DNA from: a virus
Lineage: Duplodnaviria; Heunggongvirae; Uroviricota; Caudoviricetes
DNA: 42,554 bases
Strand: one strand, 5' to 3'
Virus record (IMG/VR): IMGVR_UViG_2802429237_000001
Span: 1-42,554 of that record
Shown: piece after piece, positions 1 to 8,973 of the stretch
Layout: each line of letters opens with the position of its first letter
How positions within the stretch are numbered: the first letter of the stretch is position 1
Position numbers and translations under genes: made by a program
The notes under the pieces: generated by a model
Told to the model about the DNA's origin: nothing
What the model saw: only the letters and a program-made list of their open reading frames with translations
Database searches by the model: none

Positions 1-342
1 ATGATGAAAAAAAGTATATTGGCGTTTTTGTTGCTCACCAGTTCCACAGCGGTGCTGGCGGCTCCTCAGGTGATTACCGTCAGCCGTTTTGAAATTGGCA
101 AAGACAAATGGGCGTTTAATCGCGAAGAAGTGATGTTGACATGCCGACCGGGTAATGCGCTGTATGTCATTAATCCCAGCACCCTGGTGCAATACCCTTT
201 GAACGATGTTGCGCAAAAAGAGGTTTCCAGCGGGAAGACTAAGGCCCAGCCTATTTCAGTGATCCAGATTGACGATCCCAACAAACCTGGTGAAAAAATG
301 AGCCTGACGCCATTTATAGAACGAGCTGAAAAACTCTGCTAA
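1..342 (+). CDS. yebY: Host periplasmic protein YebY (DUF2511-like), with signal peptide
   Basis: 113-aa ORF with N-terminal signal peptide ([20 protein letters not shown] then APQ); matches my recollection of enterobacterial YebY; lies outside the repeat-delimited prophage. Confidence 0.8.
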   Translation: MMKKSILAFLLLTSSTAVLAAPQVITVSRFEIGKDKWAFNREEVMLTCRPGNALYVINPSTLVQYPLNDVAQKEVSSGKTKAQPISVIQIDDPNKPGEKMSLTPFIERAEKLC

Positions 343-370
343 TTACCTGAATTAGCCTTTTGATTTCCCA

Positions 371-410
371 AAAAAACGCCGGGGATCTTTTATCAGACCG
401 GGCGTTTTTT
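371..410. terminator. Hairpin flanked by A-run and T-run; likely bidirectional intrinsic terminator after yebY
   Basis: aaaaaacgccgggg...gaccgggcgtttttt: imperfect GC-rich stem with poly-A on the 5' side and poly-T on the 3' side. Confidence 0.5.
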
Positions 411-496
411 ACTTTTTAAAGGATGATAAAGACGCTTTTTTCTGACCACTTTTCATGTGGACTGGAAAACCTGGCGTCGTCATCTATTCTTAAAGG

Positions 497-599
497 GCAA
501 GGCAACTAAGCCTGCATTAATGCCAACTTTTAGCGCACGGCTCTCTCCCAAGAGCCATTTCCCTGGACCGAATACAGGAATCGTATTCGGTCTCTTTTT
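497..599 (+). ncRNA. sdsR: SdsR (RyeB) small RNA; its terminator hairpin carries the prophage att core
   Basis: gcaaggcaactaagcctgcattaatgcc...ccgaatacaggaatcgtattcggtctcttttt matches my memory of the ~104-nt SdsR sequence; ends in hairpin ccgaatac/gtattcgg plus U-tract; context between yebY and pphA is the known sdsR/ryeA locus. Recollection-based, not searched. Confidence 0.6.
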
Positions 600-600
600 A
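574..600. repeat. attL core: 27-bp direct repeat acaggaatcgtattcggtctcttttta
   Basis: Exact copy of 41533..41559; lies next to the integrase gene; flanking sequence diverges on both sides. Confidence 0.75.
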
Positions 601-631
601 ATTGTATTTAAAATCAACTAGTTGCAAACGT

Positions 632-651
632 TTCCCCGAAATTCCCCGAAA
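632..651. promoter_or_regulatory. Tandem repeat ttccccgaaa x2; candidate integrase arm-type binding sites
   Basis: ttccccgaaattccccgaaatttactcgaatttc between attL core and int stop; a related motif attcccgaaaatttc...actcgaaaaaaa occurs near attR at 41386..41420. Confidence 0.3.
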
Positions 652-730
652 TTTACTCGAATTTCTGTATTCCGGTCTTTTTTGGTTATATCACAACCAA
701 AATATATTTAACAATCCATTTACGTAAAAA

Positions 731-1807
731 TCAGAGCAGTAAGTACGTTTTTTCTCTATCATCAAGATACAGTTTTGTTGTCTTCTCCGATGTGTGGCCA
801 AGTAGACGTTGAGCAAATTCTTCTCCACAGGTTTCTTTGTACAGTCGTCCGGCCAGACTTCTGATCTCGTGAAAAGTTGGCGGATTTTCACTGAACTGGA
901 TACCCGATAATTTTCTGGCTGCGACAAATTTTTTTGTCAGGCCGTCCGGGTGAATGCTGCCGTCCGGGCTGTTTTTTCTGATCCCTGCACTGATTAGATA
1001 ATCCCCCCGACTTAGCAGTCGACACCGATCAATCACTGCTCCCAGCCGTAAACCAGCGACCGGAAGGCTGAGTGACAGGGGGATAGCAATCATCATTCCT
1101 GTCTTAATTTGCTTGATGTGGAGACGATCATCATAAATATCACTGAATCGCATATTCGTTATGTCTTCGCGACGTTGTCCTGTTACAAGGGCTAAGTCCA
1201 TAGCTAATGGGAACCATGCCGGAAGTTGGTCTGCTGCCTCCCTGATGTAGTTGTATGTCTTTAGTTTCAGCCGTTCTCTTGTAACTACTATTTTCGGTGC
1301 TCTTGTTGGCGTTACTGGATTTTGAGATATACGTCCTTCAACAATGGCTTCGCGGAACATATCAGATAACACAGAACGCATTGATCCTGCCATCGTGTTT
1401 TTCCCTCCTTCAATCCACAAATCAAGAAACTCGGCAATATGGCGAGTGGTTATTTCTGTCAGTAAAATCCCTCCTAATTTTTCTTTTATTGTTTCCAGTT
1501 GATTTACCCTAATTTTATAAGTATTTCTGGACACTTTTCTCCTTATAAGAATCGTTTTGTAACGTTCAATCCAGTCTGCCATAGTAAATGAGTCGACCCC
1601 TTTAAGTTTTTCAATTAAGGCAGCAGGAGAGTAGTTTTTGTATATATAATGATTTGCTTCAATTGCCTGCGCGATTGCATCTCTTCTTGAAATTTTACCT
1701 AGTGTAAATTCTTCTTTCGTCAGAGGGTTGCGCCAGTAATATGCTTTGTCCCTCCTTCGATATGTTAAGTTCCTAGGCAAATTGGGATCGTATTTTTTCC
1801 GCTGCAT
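731..1807 (-). CDS. int: Tyrosine recombinase, lambda Int-family prophage integrase
   Basis: 358-aa ORF adjacent to attL; C-terminal tyrosine-recombinase-like region (HEIRSLAGRLY...LLGHTSEKTTKLYLDD); position and length match Rac IntR. Confidence 0.9.
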   Translation of the reverse strand: MQRKKYDPNLPRNLTYRRRDKAYYWRNPLTKEEFTLGKISRRDAIAQAIEANHYIYKNYSPAALIEKLKGVDSFTMADWIERYKTILIRRKVSRNTYKIRVNQLETIKEKLGGILLTEITTRHIAEFLDLWIEGGKNTMAGSMRSVLSDMFREAIVEGRISQNPVTPTRAPKIVVTRERLKLKTYNYIREAADQLPAWFPLAMDLALVTGQRREDITNMRFSDIYDDRLHIKQIKTGMMIAIPLSLSLPVAGLRLGAVIDRCRLLSRGDYLISAGIRKNSPDGSIHPDGLTKKFVAARKLSGIQFSENPPTFHEIRSLAGRLYKETCGEEFAQRLLGHTSEKTTKLYLDDREKTYLLL

Positions 1808-2060
1808 GTTTTAACTTCTCCAGTAACGGACTGTCTCTCCCTTGTCGCCCATTAGGCTGATGGTGTGTTATATCGGTATCAACCTTATTTGGGTTGATAT
1901 AGAAAGCCTCCGGAACCACTCTGTAACTCCTCCCGTGTAGTTCAGGTGCAGGATAAATGTTTCCATTCCTTGCCCATCGTCGCAGCGTTGATATTGATGG
2001 TGGATTATCCGGATATCTGAGTTTTCCCCACGTTTTGAGTGTCACAAGATTCATTGCCAT
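1773..2060 (-). CDS. xis: Putative excisionase
   Basis: Small basic ORF immediately upstream of int and overlapping its start by 35 nt, the classic xis-int arrangement; start may be Met1 or Met3. Confidence 0.6.
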   Translation of the reverse strand: MAMNLVTLKTWGKLRYPDNPPSISTLRRWARNGNIYPAPELHGRSYRVVPEAFYINPNKVDTDITHHQPNGRQGRDSPLLEKLKHAAEKIRSQFA

Positions 2061-2076
2061 ACCTCTTACGATATGA

Positions 2077-2105
2077 CCGCCAGTAAATATACAGAATACT
2101 GGCGG
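2077..2105. promoter_or_regulatory. Perfect inverted repeat ccgccagta-N11-tactggcgg upstream of xis
   Basis: 9-bp perfect arms; sits 17 bp upstream of the xis start on the transcribed strand; operator-like or attenuator hairpin. Confidence 0.3.
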
Positions 2106-2160
2106 ACGTGATTGATTTTTAATAATCAGCTATGAAGTTCTAATTTGGATATAATGCAAC

Positions 2161-2349
2161 TCACGAGGACAGAAGTTTCTCGCAATTAAAATTTATCAGT
2201 TTTACTTTCTGCTCTCTGGAAACGCCTGCTTCTTTTTTCCCCGAGAGCATTTTTTCGCATTCCGATTTGGTTAACTTTGTTTTTGAGTACCTTGTCCAGT
2301 TAGTAGGAGTGCCACCTTCCTTTTCAATAGTGGCGGTAATTTTATACAT
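2161..2349 (-). CDS. Hypothetical small protein (Rac ydaC position)
   Basis: 62-aa ORF from ATG at 2349 with strong SD (tggaggtg) upstream; overlaps the last codons of lar. Confidence 0.5.
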   Translation of the reverse strand: MYKITATIEKEGGTPTNWTRYSKTKLTKSECEKMLSGKKEAGVSREQKVKLINFNCEKLLSS

Positions 2350-2551
2350 GAACACCTCCATTATTATTTCCAGTAGTTCGTTTATTCCATCTTTCGAGTG
2401 CTTCTTTTTCACTTCTACCATAGCCGGTTCGGGATTCGCATCCGTTACACTTCGCGCGGTAATATCCTGAAATGGCTTTCACCGTTACTGATGGACAACC
2501 ACAAAAAGGGCATGGTTTGACTTTTTCATACCGCATTGTCTTTTCTCTCAT
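2342..2551 (-). CDS. lar: Lar-family restriction alleviation protein (zinc ribbon)
   Basis: KPCPFCG...CNGCESRTG zinc-ribbon pattern typical of Lar/RalR; located upstream of recT as in Rac; start could instead be Met6 at 2536. Confidence 0.75.
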   Translation of the reverse strand: MREKTMRYEKVKPCPFCGCPSVTVKAISGYYRAKCNGCESRTGYGRSEKEALERWNKRTTGNNNGGVHV

Positions 2552-2599
2552 AAAATAAAATTTTGTGATGGCGGTGAGGCTACACCGCCAAAGTAAATA

Positions 2600-3703
2600 T
2601 CAGGAGCCGATATATTCTGGTTTCATATCTGTCAGTGTCGTTTTATACGCCTCATATAATTCACCCAGATGTGGCCGGGCAGCATTCAGCGTATTTTCCA
2701 GAGCAGTAAATTTTTGTTCTGCTTCTGGATCACCTGATGAAGGAAGGTCATTTATCATCTTCTCGATACTGGCAATAGCATTGAGACGGTGATGACGCCG
2801 AACCACTTTTCCTTTAAGCTCGGCAAAGAATTCGCCGATCTGGTTTTTCTGATCCTCTATCTCTTGGCGTAATGCAGTGGTTTCCTCAGTCGTGGCCGCG
2901 CTTTCGACACGCTGCCGGAATTCATCAATCCACGCTTCGTCAATACGCTGTTCGATGGCTTCTGTTCGCTGCTCGCTTACCTCGCTATAATTCTGTACCG
3001 GCACAGGATTGATGATTTTTTCCTGTGGCTCTTCCAGTTCGTCCGGGGTATACACGCCCAGGATGACGTCAGGACAATAAAGGCGAGCCCAGTATTTCAA
3101 CGCCAGATAGGCGAGCTGTTGTTTCGGGTTTGAGGTCCATAAAGGAGAATTACGCGTAATCACGCTGGAAAGAAACACCGGTTCTCCCCAGGTAATCTCA
3201 CTTTCACCGCGAAGAACTGCACCAACTCGAACTGAGAGACCATACTCATCTTCACTGGTCCAACATGGGATCGTTTCTTTTTTCTCATAGATTCCGCCTC
3301 CTTTGGCCGTTTTCTTAACGGTCTCCACTCGGGTGCGAGAGCATTTCTCCCAGTCTCCCTCGTACTTGTAATGGAAGCGGCCTACAATTGCACTTGAGCT
3401 AGAGATCACAGCGTTAACCAGTTGTGCTTCATAACCCAGAACTCCGTTTACCAGGTGTGTTTTCTGAGCCACAGCGTAGGGGTTCATGCCCCATTGCATG
3501 GCTTGCATGATGATTGCCATGCAGTCGGCAGGATTTCCGCGAAGGTGATCGGGAACTGTGACGGTGGCCTGTGCCATCAAGCCGGCTACTGCCTGAAGTT
3601 GCGTCAACGCCTGAACGTTAAAAATAGTGTTACTGGCAGAAATGGTATTTGGTGTCTGCTCTGTCGTGATGATATTGGTATTTTGCATGGTCAGGTTCTC
3701 CAT
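2600..3703 (-). CDS. recT: RecT-family single-strand annealing recombinase
   Basis: 367 aa; region GNPADCMAIIMQAMQWGMNPYAVAQKTHLVNGVLGYEAQL resembles RecT; start overlaps the recE stop by one base. Confidence 0.85.
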   Translation of the reverse strand: MENLTMQNTNIITTEQTPNTISASNTIFNVQALTQLQAVAGLMAQATVTVPDHLRGNPADCMAIIMQAMQWGMNPYAVAQKTHLVNGVLGYEAQLVNAVISSSSAIVGRFHYKYEGDWEKCSRTRVETVKKTAKGGGIYEKKETIPCWTSEDEYGLSVRVGAVLRGESEITWGEPVFLSSVITRNSPLWTSNPKQQLAYLALKYWARLYCPDVILGVYTPDELEEPQEKIINPVPVQNYSEVSEQRTEAIEQRIDEAWIDEFRQRVESAATTEETTALRQEIEDQKNQIGEFFAELKGKVVRRHHRLNAIASIEKMINDLPSSGDPEAEQKFTALENTLNAARPHLGELYEAYKTTLTDMKPEYIGS

Positions 3704-6700
3704 TAAGCCAGATGCAGTGCTTCAAGACGACGAAGATCAAAGTCGTTTAATTCGTCGGTGTAACTTTCGGTAATCGGTGCTGGCCAGTTGTTTGTCTCCA
3801 GGGCTTCGTTTATCTGGCGTAGCGTCCGGCGATATTCCTGTCGACCAAGTTCCAGGAGTTCCTGCGAGGCTTCCACGACTGCCACCCAGTGATAGCCAGC
3901 ATCTTTGTTGACGAAGATCCAGAAAAATTTGTCCAGGTTTGCCACATCGCAATACATTGCGGCGCTGAGGTGATAATCACGCTCAATAATTTCACGGTGC
4001 AGGCGATCTTTAAGTCGTTCCTGTCGCACATAACCGAGGCTGACTGACTTCACGTCAGCGCAAATGCTTTCGTATGGCAGCCGGATTTCGATATCAGGAC
4101 GGACCCTGATTTCCAGCCCGGTTTCTTCATCAAACCCGAAATAGCTGATTTCAGATTTGCGATCCGGGTGGTTGAGTAGCCTTGCTGCATCGGTATTGTT
4201 TTGCAGTGCCGCGTGAATATTTTTTGCCTGTTCATACATATCCGGACTGATAAACGTTTTCCCGGCATTTTCTTCTTGCTGGCGTTTTTGCCAGTCCTCC
4301 AGTGTCACCAGTTCCGGGCGAATTTTCCGTGCGATTTCGGTTAATTGCTCTTTTGTGCCACTGATGTTGTAAGGCAAAGATTTAGCACGTTCTTTTTTTG
4401 CCAGTTCTGGGTCTACAGTTTCAATTTGATCCAGAAGCTGCTCCCGTGCTCCACTGGTTTTCAACAGAGGAGGGAGGCTTGCGTTGTATTCTTTAATACA
4501 GGCTTTCATTGCTGATGCTGTGTGTTTTTCCCCCTCAGGAATACGCCGAAATTCCACCGGAAGCGAACCGTAAAGGATGCCTGTTTCTTCGGCCCCGGCA
4601 CTTACAGACAGTGGCTGTATAAGAGTGCTGTTGTAGCTTTCGATCCACTCTTTCATCTGCTCTGGTGTCATCAGTGCTGGCAGACTGGCATTGTGTTTTT
4701 TAATGATGGCGATCAGTTCGCTAGAAGTAGTAACCACATATTCAGGAACCGGTACCGGAATGGCATATTCATCAGCGAATTTATCCGTTTCCAGAACATA
4801 GCTGTGAATGATCCGCCCACGCAGCAGTGCATCACTTTCCTCACTCGGAATAGTTCCGGCAATGTGCCGTCCGTGGTAATACATCAGGCTGATACGAGCA
4901 TCCTTCAGCATTGTGCTGCTTATTCCATTGGCAGAGTGATAAACCTCGTTTGGGAGGTTTTCATAGCGGCCTGGTTCGAAATATGATGGCCACATGATTT
5001 CAGTTGCTACAGGAGCTGACGCTTCACCAGTTTCATCACTGCAATTGTGATGCGAATCGCTGCCAGCGTTCTCCTTGTGCAGAGGTTCAGTGCCTTCCAT
5101 TTCCTCCGGATCTTTTTCCAGAGATTCATCCAGATTTTCTTCATTAAAGGTTTCCTGATACGTTGCGTCGCCCATTACCGCACCACAGTCGGGGCAGCTA
5201 TCCCCACCAGTCTGACCGCAGGCATTGCAGACTTTTTTCGGTTCCTGTTGCACTACTGGCTCAGGTTGTTTCACATCCGGGCTAGTTTTTTCAGTTTCTG
5301 GCGTGTTTTGTTCCGTTTCTGGCTGGTTCTGGTTCACAGAATCGCGAGTCTGGATCCCCTTAACCCATTTCGGATCATTCGGGTCGCTAATCCCTTCAAC
5401 AAATTCTCCACGCGAGGCAGCCAGCAATTTGTCTGCATCGACAGGATTTTTGGGCGGAATGTTTTTCCGGGCTTCATGGAGTTCTGCCCGCAGTTTCTGA
5501 TATTTCGCATCAACAGGGTTTACCTGTGACTGAGCATCCAGCGGCTGCGTGTCCTGATGATGTTCAGTTGCGTCCGGTTCCATTGTTTCAGCCGTTGCCT
5601 GTTCATCTGCCATTGCGCAAGATGGTTGCGGTTTTTCTTCATCATTCGGTTTTTCTTCTTCTGTTACACGCTGCGGCATCGGAGCAGAGGAGCGACCGCA
5701 GGCAATATCCACGATTTCCGGATCAGGGTTGGCATGATCGGTTTCAGTCAGTACTTTGTTCAGATATTCAGTGACGTGTGCGGGGATAACCTCGATACCA
5801 ATTGGTGCTTCTTTCACGGCCGCAACCACGATGGCACGGGAATAATCCAGCCCACCAGGCATGGCGATGAATTTGTCGCGGAAAACAGAAAAGGGTGGTT
5901 TATTTTCAGCGATAATTTCCTCGACACGTTTAGCGTGTGCTGGATGAAGGTTATAAATGTCCACGTCCATTGAACGGGCCAGTACGCCAGTGGCTACGTC
6001 GCGCGCCAGCGACGTCAGATCGTGAACGAAACCTTCGCCGCGGTCGGTAAGAATGCCGCCACCGGCATTTGCGCCCGACGGGGTGCGATTGATTTCAGAT
6101 ACGCAATTTCCTTTTGCCCACTCTTTTATCAGTAAGCTCTGATCCAGGTAATCGGTTTTCATCCAGGTGGATATGAACTTGTTGTATTCAGCCGGACTGA
6201 TGCGGCGAGTTTCTGCGTGAGTGAATGCCTTTTCCACGGAGCGCGCCAGTCTTTCCAGATGGTGGTTTGTCAGTTTATCCAGCTCAGGATGTGAGCGCAC
6301 CGCTGTAAGCATGCTCTGGAGGTTATGCTCCTCCATATCCATCTCCAGGCGGATCACGTCCTGGCGTTGTTCCGGTGTGGCGTGATGTTTGTATTTCCCA
6401 TTGAACTCCTGACCAAAGAAGTAGAGGTGCAGGAAACGATGAGCAAGACTGAGAGTGGCGACGGATACTTCGCAATCCTGGCAATCCCCGTGAGCGTCTG
6501 CCCGTGTGTTTTCTTCCTGGCCTCCCGCCGGTTCTTCGGTTTCCGGTGCATCCTCCTGATGGTGAACGTCGTCTGGCGCTGCTCCCGGTTTTAGTTCCCA
6601 GGTCATGGAGTCTTTGCTGAGTTGATAGCGTTCACTCCAGGTAAAATCGATCTCACCTTCAGGGGGAAGGTCATTAACGACAGGAAAATTCGTGGCAACA

Positions 6701-6858
6701 GGTTTAAAATAGCTGCTCAGTTTTTTACCTGACTTAACGAGCAGGTAGTCCAGAGTGGTGCTGGTCGATTCAAAATCGTCGTTTGCCCACAGGACGACGT
6801 CAGGTTCACCGGATGATTTTTTCGCTTTCCGTAACAGGAAGAGTGGTTTTGTGCTCAT
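3703..6858 (-). CDS. recE: Exodeoxyribonuclease VIII (RecE)-like protein, extended form (1051 aa)
   Basis: Directly upstream of recT; C-terminal region with PD-(D/E)xK-like RecE nuclease segment ([21 protein letters not shown]...ICADVKSV); central acidic low-complexity linker and [16 protein letters not shown] zinc-ribbon-like motif. Confidence 0.75.
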   Translation of the reverse strand: MSTKPLFLLRKAKKSSGEPDVVLWANDDFESTSTTLDYLLVKSGKKLSSYFKPVATNFPVVNDLPPEGEIDFTWSERYQLSKDSMTWELKPGAAPDDVHHQEDAPETEEPAGGQEENTRADAHGDCQDCEVSVATLSLAHRFLHLYFFGQEFNGKYKHHATPEQRQDVIRLEMDMEEHNLQSMLTAVRSHPELDKLTNHHLERLARSVEKAFTHAETRRISPAEYNKFISTWMKTDYLDQSLLIKEWAKGNCVSEINRTPSGANAGGGILTDRGEGFVHDLTSLARDVATGVLARSMDVDIYNLHPAHAKRVEEIIAENKPPFSVFRDKFIAMPGGLDYSRAIVVAAVKEAPIGIEVIPAHVTEYLNKVLTETDHANPDPEIVDIACGRSSAPMPQRVTEEEKPNDEEKPQPSCAMADEQATAETMEPDATEHHQDTQPLDAQSQVNPVDAKYQKLRAELHEARKNIPPKNPVDADKLLAASRGEFVEGISDPNDPKWVKGIQTRDSVNQNQPETEQNTPETEKTSPDVKQPEPVVQQEPKKVCNACGQTGGDSCPDCGAVMGDATYQETFNEENLDESLEKDPEEMEGTEPLHKENAGSDSHHNCSDETGEASAPVATEIMWPSYFEPGRYENLPNEVYHSANGISSTMLKDARISLMYYHGRHIAGTIPSEESDALLRGRIIHSYVLETDKFADEYAIPVPVPEYVVTTSSELIAIIKKHNASLPALMTPEQMKEWIESYNSTLIQPLSVSAGAEETGILYGSLPVEFRRIPEGEKHTASAMKACIKEYNASLPPLLKTSGAREQLLDQIETVDPELAKKERAKSLPYNISGTKEQLTEIARKIRPELVTLEDWQKRQQEENAGKTFISPDMYEQAKNIHAALQNNTDAARLLNHPDRKSEISYFGFDEETGLEIRVRPDIEIRLPYESICADVKSVSLGYVRQERLKDRLHREIIERDYHLSAAMYCDVANLDKFFWIFVNKDAGYHWVAVVEASQELLELGRQEYRRTLRQINEALETNNWPAPITESYTDELNDFDLRRLEALHLA

Positions 6859-6928
6859 TGTTTTTTAACCTCAACTCAGATTAAAATTACTGCGAGTGAT
6901 GAATAAATGTCCCAGGTTCTTCACTCAG

Positions 6929-6958
6929 GCCTGCACACTGTGCAGGCTTTCTTTTTTT
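6929..6958 (+). terminator. Intrinsic terminator on + strand inside the leftward early operon
   Basis: Perfect palindrome gcctgcacactgtgcaggc followed by tttcttttttt on the + strand. Confidence 0.4.
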
Positions 6959-6986
6959 CAGATTTCACCTTTTTATTTCATTGCAA

Positions 6987-7232
6987 TCAGATCTGCCAGA
7001 AATTCGGCTTTTTTTCTGCGGGCAGATTATTTCCGATGTAAACCAGGCACATTTTTGTGGCACCTTCAACAAGAGTTTTAAAGTTTCCTGATAGACCGTC
7101 GATATCAACCACAGTGAATGGGGTTTCTTTATTTTCTGTTTTAATTACGTAGCCAATATGCTTTCCTTCCAGGTAAACCTCGTGAACAATGTTATCAGTA
7201 GTTGCAACAGTGGCTTCATAATTGGTGTTCAT
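6987..7232 (-). CDS. Hypothetical early protein (Rac racC position)
   Basis: 81-aa ORF between recE and the ydaE-like gene on the same strand; no recognisable domain. Confidence 0.5.
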   Translation of the reverse strand: MNTNYEATVATTDNIVHEVYLEGKHIGYVIKTENKETPFTVVDIDGLSGNFKTLVEGATKMCLVYIGNNLPAEKKPNFWQI

Positions 7233-7306
7233 GTTTTTCTACTTAATTAAGGTTGAGCGAATCCCTGCCATTGCTGGCATAAATTCAGTTTCGAATAGTC
7301 AGTTAA

Positions 7307-7477
7307 TTAAAGTTCGTGTGCCATCTGGTCTTTTTCGGCACAATTTTTACTACAATATTTTTTCATTTCCGTCGTTGGGATAACTCCACGCATGAAATGA
7401 AGTGGTCTTTTAATACTTTTGCTTTCTTCAATTTCTTTATTGCAAAGGTGGTAAGCACATTTTATTTTCTTAGTCAT
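7307..7477 (-). CDS. ydaE: YdaE-like small zinc-binding protein
   Basis: 56-aa ORF not in the track (below 60 aa), translated by hand: [56 protein letters not shown]; C-x4-C...C-x3-C; start ATG overlaps the kilR stop (ATGA); same position and length as Rac ydaE. Confidence 0.6.
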   Translation of the reverse strand: MTKKIKCAYHLCNKEIEESKSIKRPLHFMRGVIPTTEMKKYCSKNCAEKDQMAHEL

Positions 7478-7698
7478 CACCATGACTCCGCCTTTACAGG
7501 TAAACCATCACGACCGAGGAAGACTTTAATCATGCAGTCAGTAATGCATGTTTTTGTGGTCAGGCTACGGATATAAAGTTTCCGCTTTTTAATATTATTT
7601 GCCGAGGCGATATATGTCCGACCTTCATGAAGAACATAATCGCCAGGGGTCACGCACTGACGTGGTATTTCATCAGTTCCGAAGTGATGTGCAATCAT
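7477..7698 (-). CDS. kilR: KilR-like cell-division inhibitor
   Basis: 73 aa from ATG at 7698 with SD ggaga 6 nt upstream; length and position match Rac KilR; sequence [15 protein letters not shown]... is consistent with my recollection. Confidence 0.6.
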   Translation of the reverse strand: MIAHHFGTDEIPRQCVTPGDYVLHEGRTYIASANNIKKRKLYIRSLTTKTCITDCMIKVFLGRDGLPVKAESW

Positions 7699-7755
7699 AA
7701 TTATCTCCATTTTTACAAATGAACTTTGTTGATGCGGTGCCTGGTGCCTCCAGGT

Positions 7756-7782
7756 GACGTTAACCAGTTAACAATTAACGTC
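7756..7782. promoter_or_regulatory. Inverted repeat gacgttaa-N11-ttaacgtc in the kilR leader region
   Basis: 8-bp perfect arms containing HpaI-like gttaac motifs, 60-85 bp upstream of kilR; operator or 5'-UTR hairpin. Confidence 0.3.
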
Positions 7783-7864
7783 GGATAATCCACCCATAAC
7801 ACTGATGCTTTTAACTGTTCCGCGTGCGCTTAGCCGCATTCACCGCATCACAAAATTCACTTTA

Positions 7865-7927
7865 AAAAGGGCAGACATCAGTCGAACTTCAAGAAAAAAA
7901 CTGATGCCGCCAGGACTACACACAGTA
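7865..7927 (-). ncRNA. Candidate DicF-like small RNA with intrinsic terminator
   Basis: Minus-strand sequence ...tcctggcggcatcagtttttttcttgaagttcgactgatgtctgccctttttaaa: hairpin plus U-tract; resembles my recollection of DicF (tttggcggtatcagtttt...gactgctctgccgcccttttt) in the ggcggNatcagtttt and gactgNtNtctgcc segments. No convincing ORF in this gap. Boundaries approximate. Confidence 0.3.
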
Positions 7928-8104
7928 GTGTTGTTATTCACAACCGGAAGCGCACGGTCGAAGAAATTTAACGACAAGCCTTCTAAGGGAAAAACACCTC
8001 CTCCGTGCGCTTTCGTGTTGTGTGCCTGTCTTTTTACCACTTCAGGCTCGGTGGTCTCGGCTATACCCCTACAGCGAGAATATTGAATTAATCCAATAAA
8101 TTGA

Positions 8105-8257
8105 TTAGCTGGTATTTTTGGCAAGCCAGCGACGTGCGCCAGCTTCGGTTTTAAACGTTTTGCTTTTGGTATACGTCATCGCGGTGAACGTGCCGTCCTG
8201 GTTGGGGAACACGCCGTATACCAGAGATTCGTTGTTGCCAAGATCGATAGTATCCAT
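8105..8257 (-). CDS. YdfK/YnaE-like small protein (DUF1391-like)
   Basis: 50-aa ORF translated by hand: MDTIDLGNNESLVYGVFPNQDGTFTAMTYTKSKTFKTEAGARRWLAKNTS; SD aggggaaa upstream; resembles the Qin/Rac cold-shock-associated YdfK/YnaE as I recall them. Confidence 0.55.
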   Translation of the reverse strand: MDTIDLGNNESLVYGVFPNQDGTFTAMTYTKSKTFKTEAGARRWLAKNTS

Positions 8258-8453
8258 GTTGACCTCATTTCCCCTTAACGCCGGGTGGCGGAACTAAAAC
8301 CTACAGCGCCGTGCTGTTCTTGATAGAAATATTAGTAACACGGATATTTTAAGTCAACAGTATGGCGTATGATATTTTTGATTTAGTAACTATGTAAATG
8401 TTTTTTCAAGGGAAAAATATTAGTTACACAGCTGATTTGCAGAAGTTATGGCA

Positions 8454-8486
8454 CAAAAAAAACCGACTAAGACGTCGGTTTTTTTG
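8454..8486. terminator. Bidirectional intrinsic terminator downstream of racR
   Basis: aaaaaaaaccgac-taagac-gtcggttttttt: 7-bp stem flanked by A-run and T-run. Confidence 0.6.
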
Positions 8487-8511
8487 TTGTGGATGGGGTA
8501 GTGAGTGGTGG

Positions 8512-8973
8512 CTACTGGTTACGTTTCTTTAGTGCCAGCATGTTCTCGAAGGCTTCCTCGTAGAGCTTGTTTAGTCCACGTAGCTGGTTAAGGAGTTTGG
8601 CTTTTTCTGACGCAGGTAGAATCTCGAAGAGGTTAAGTAACTCTGCCTGTTCTTCATTGACCAGCCTCCATCCTTTGCCTGAAAAGCTATCATCATAAGT
8701 ATCTGATGATCTTACATAATTCATTAAGTCTTTAAGGTCTTCTCGAATGTCCTCTGGTTTTACCTTTAACAGAGCCGCAAATTTTAGCGCAGCGTCGGTA
8801 TTTACCGGTATCTTGCCGTTCAGATACTGGCTAACGGTGCCTTGAGATTCGAACCCCAACAGCTCAGCCGCCAGCTCTTGAGTCAGCTTCAGCTCTTTTT
8901 TTCTTGCATTCCATGCGGCTTTTAAATTCTTGCTCGCTTCTGGAGTTGCAATCACTTCGCGTGTTTTTTTCAT
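8512..8973 (-). CDS. racR: RacR-like HTH (XRE-family) prophage repressor, no peptidase domain
   Basis: 153 aa; HTH segment LTQELAAELLGFESQGTVSQYLNGK; divergent from the cro-like gene; RacR-like size and position; no S24 peptidase C-terminal domain. Confidence 0.8.
   Translation of the reverse strand: MKKTREVIATPEASKNLKAAWNARKKELKLTQELAAELLGFESQGTVSQYLNGKIPVNTDAALKFAALLKVKPEDIREDLKDLMNYVRSSDTYDDSFSGKGWRLVNEEQAELLNLFEILPASEKAKLLNQLRGLNKLYEEAFENMLALKKRNQ

Noticed and set aside
66-284. Minus-strand 72-aa ORF inside yebY
   Set aside because: Fully embedded antisense to a well-supported host gene; no RBS; treated as a chance ORF.
574-600. att core as part of a tRNA gene
   Set aside because: No cloverleaf can be drawn around it; the sequence is a simple hairpin plus U-tract that matches the 3' end of an sRNA (SdsR) rather than a tRNA.
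4522-5973. Several plus-strand ORFs (154, 160, 91, 82, 138 aa) antisense to recE
   Set aside because: All lie inside the long recE reading frame on the opposite strand, have low-complexity composition and no SD; typical shadow ORFs.
7805-8124. Overlapping ORFs 7805..8086 (+) and 7840..8124 (-) in the kilR to ydfK gap
   Set aside because: No SD, implausible composition, and they overlap each other and the hand-called ydfK-like gene; the region is better explained by regulatory and small-RNA elements.
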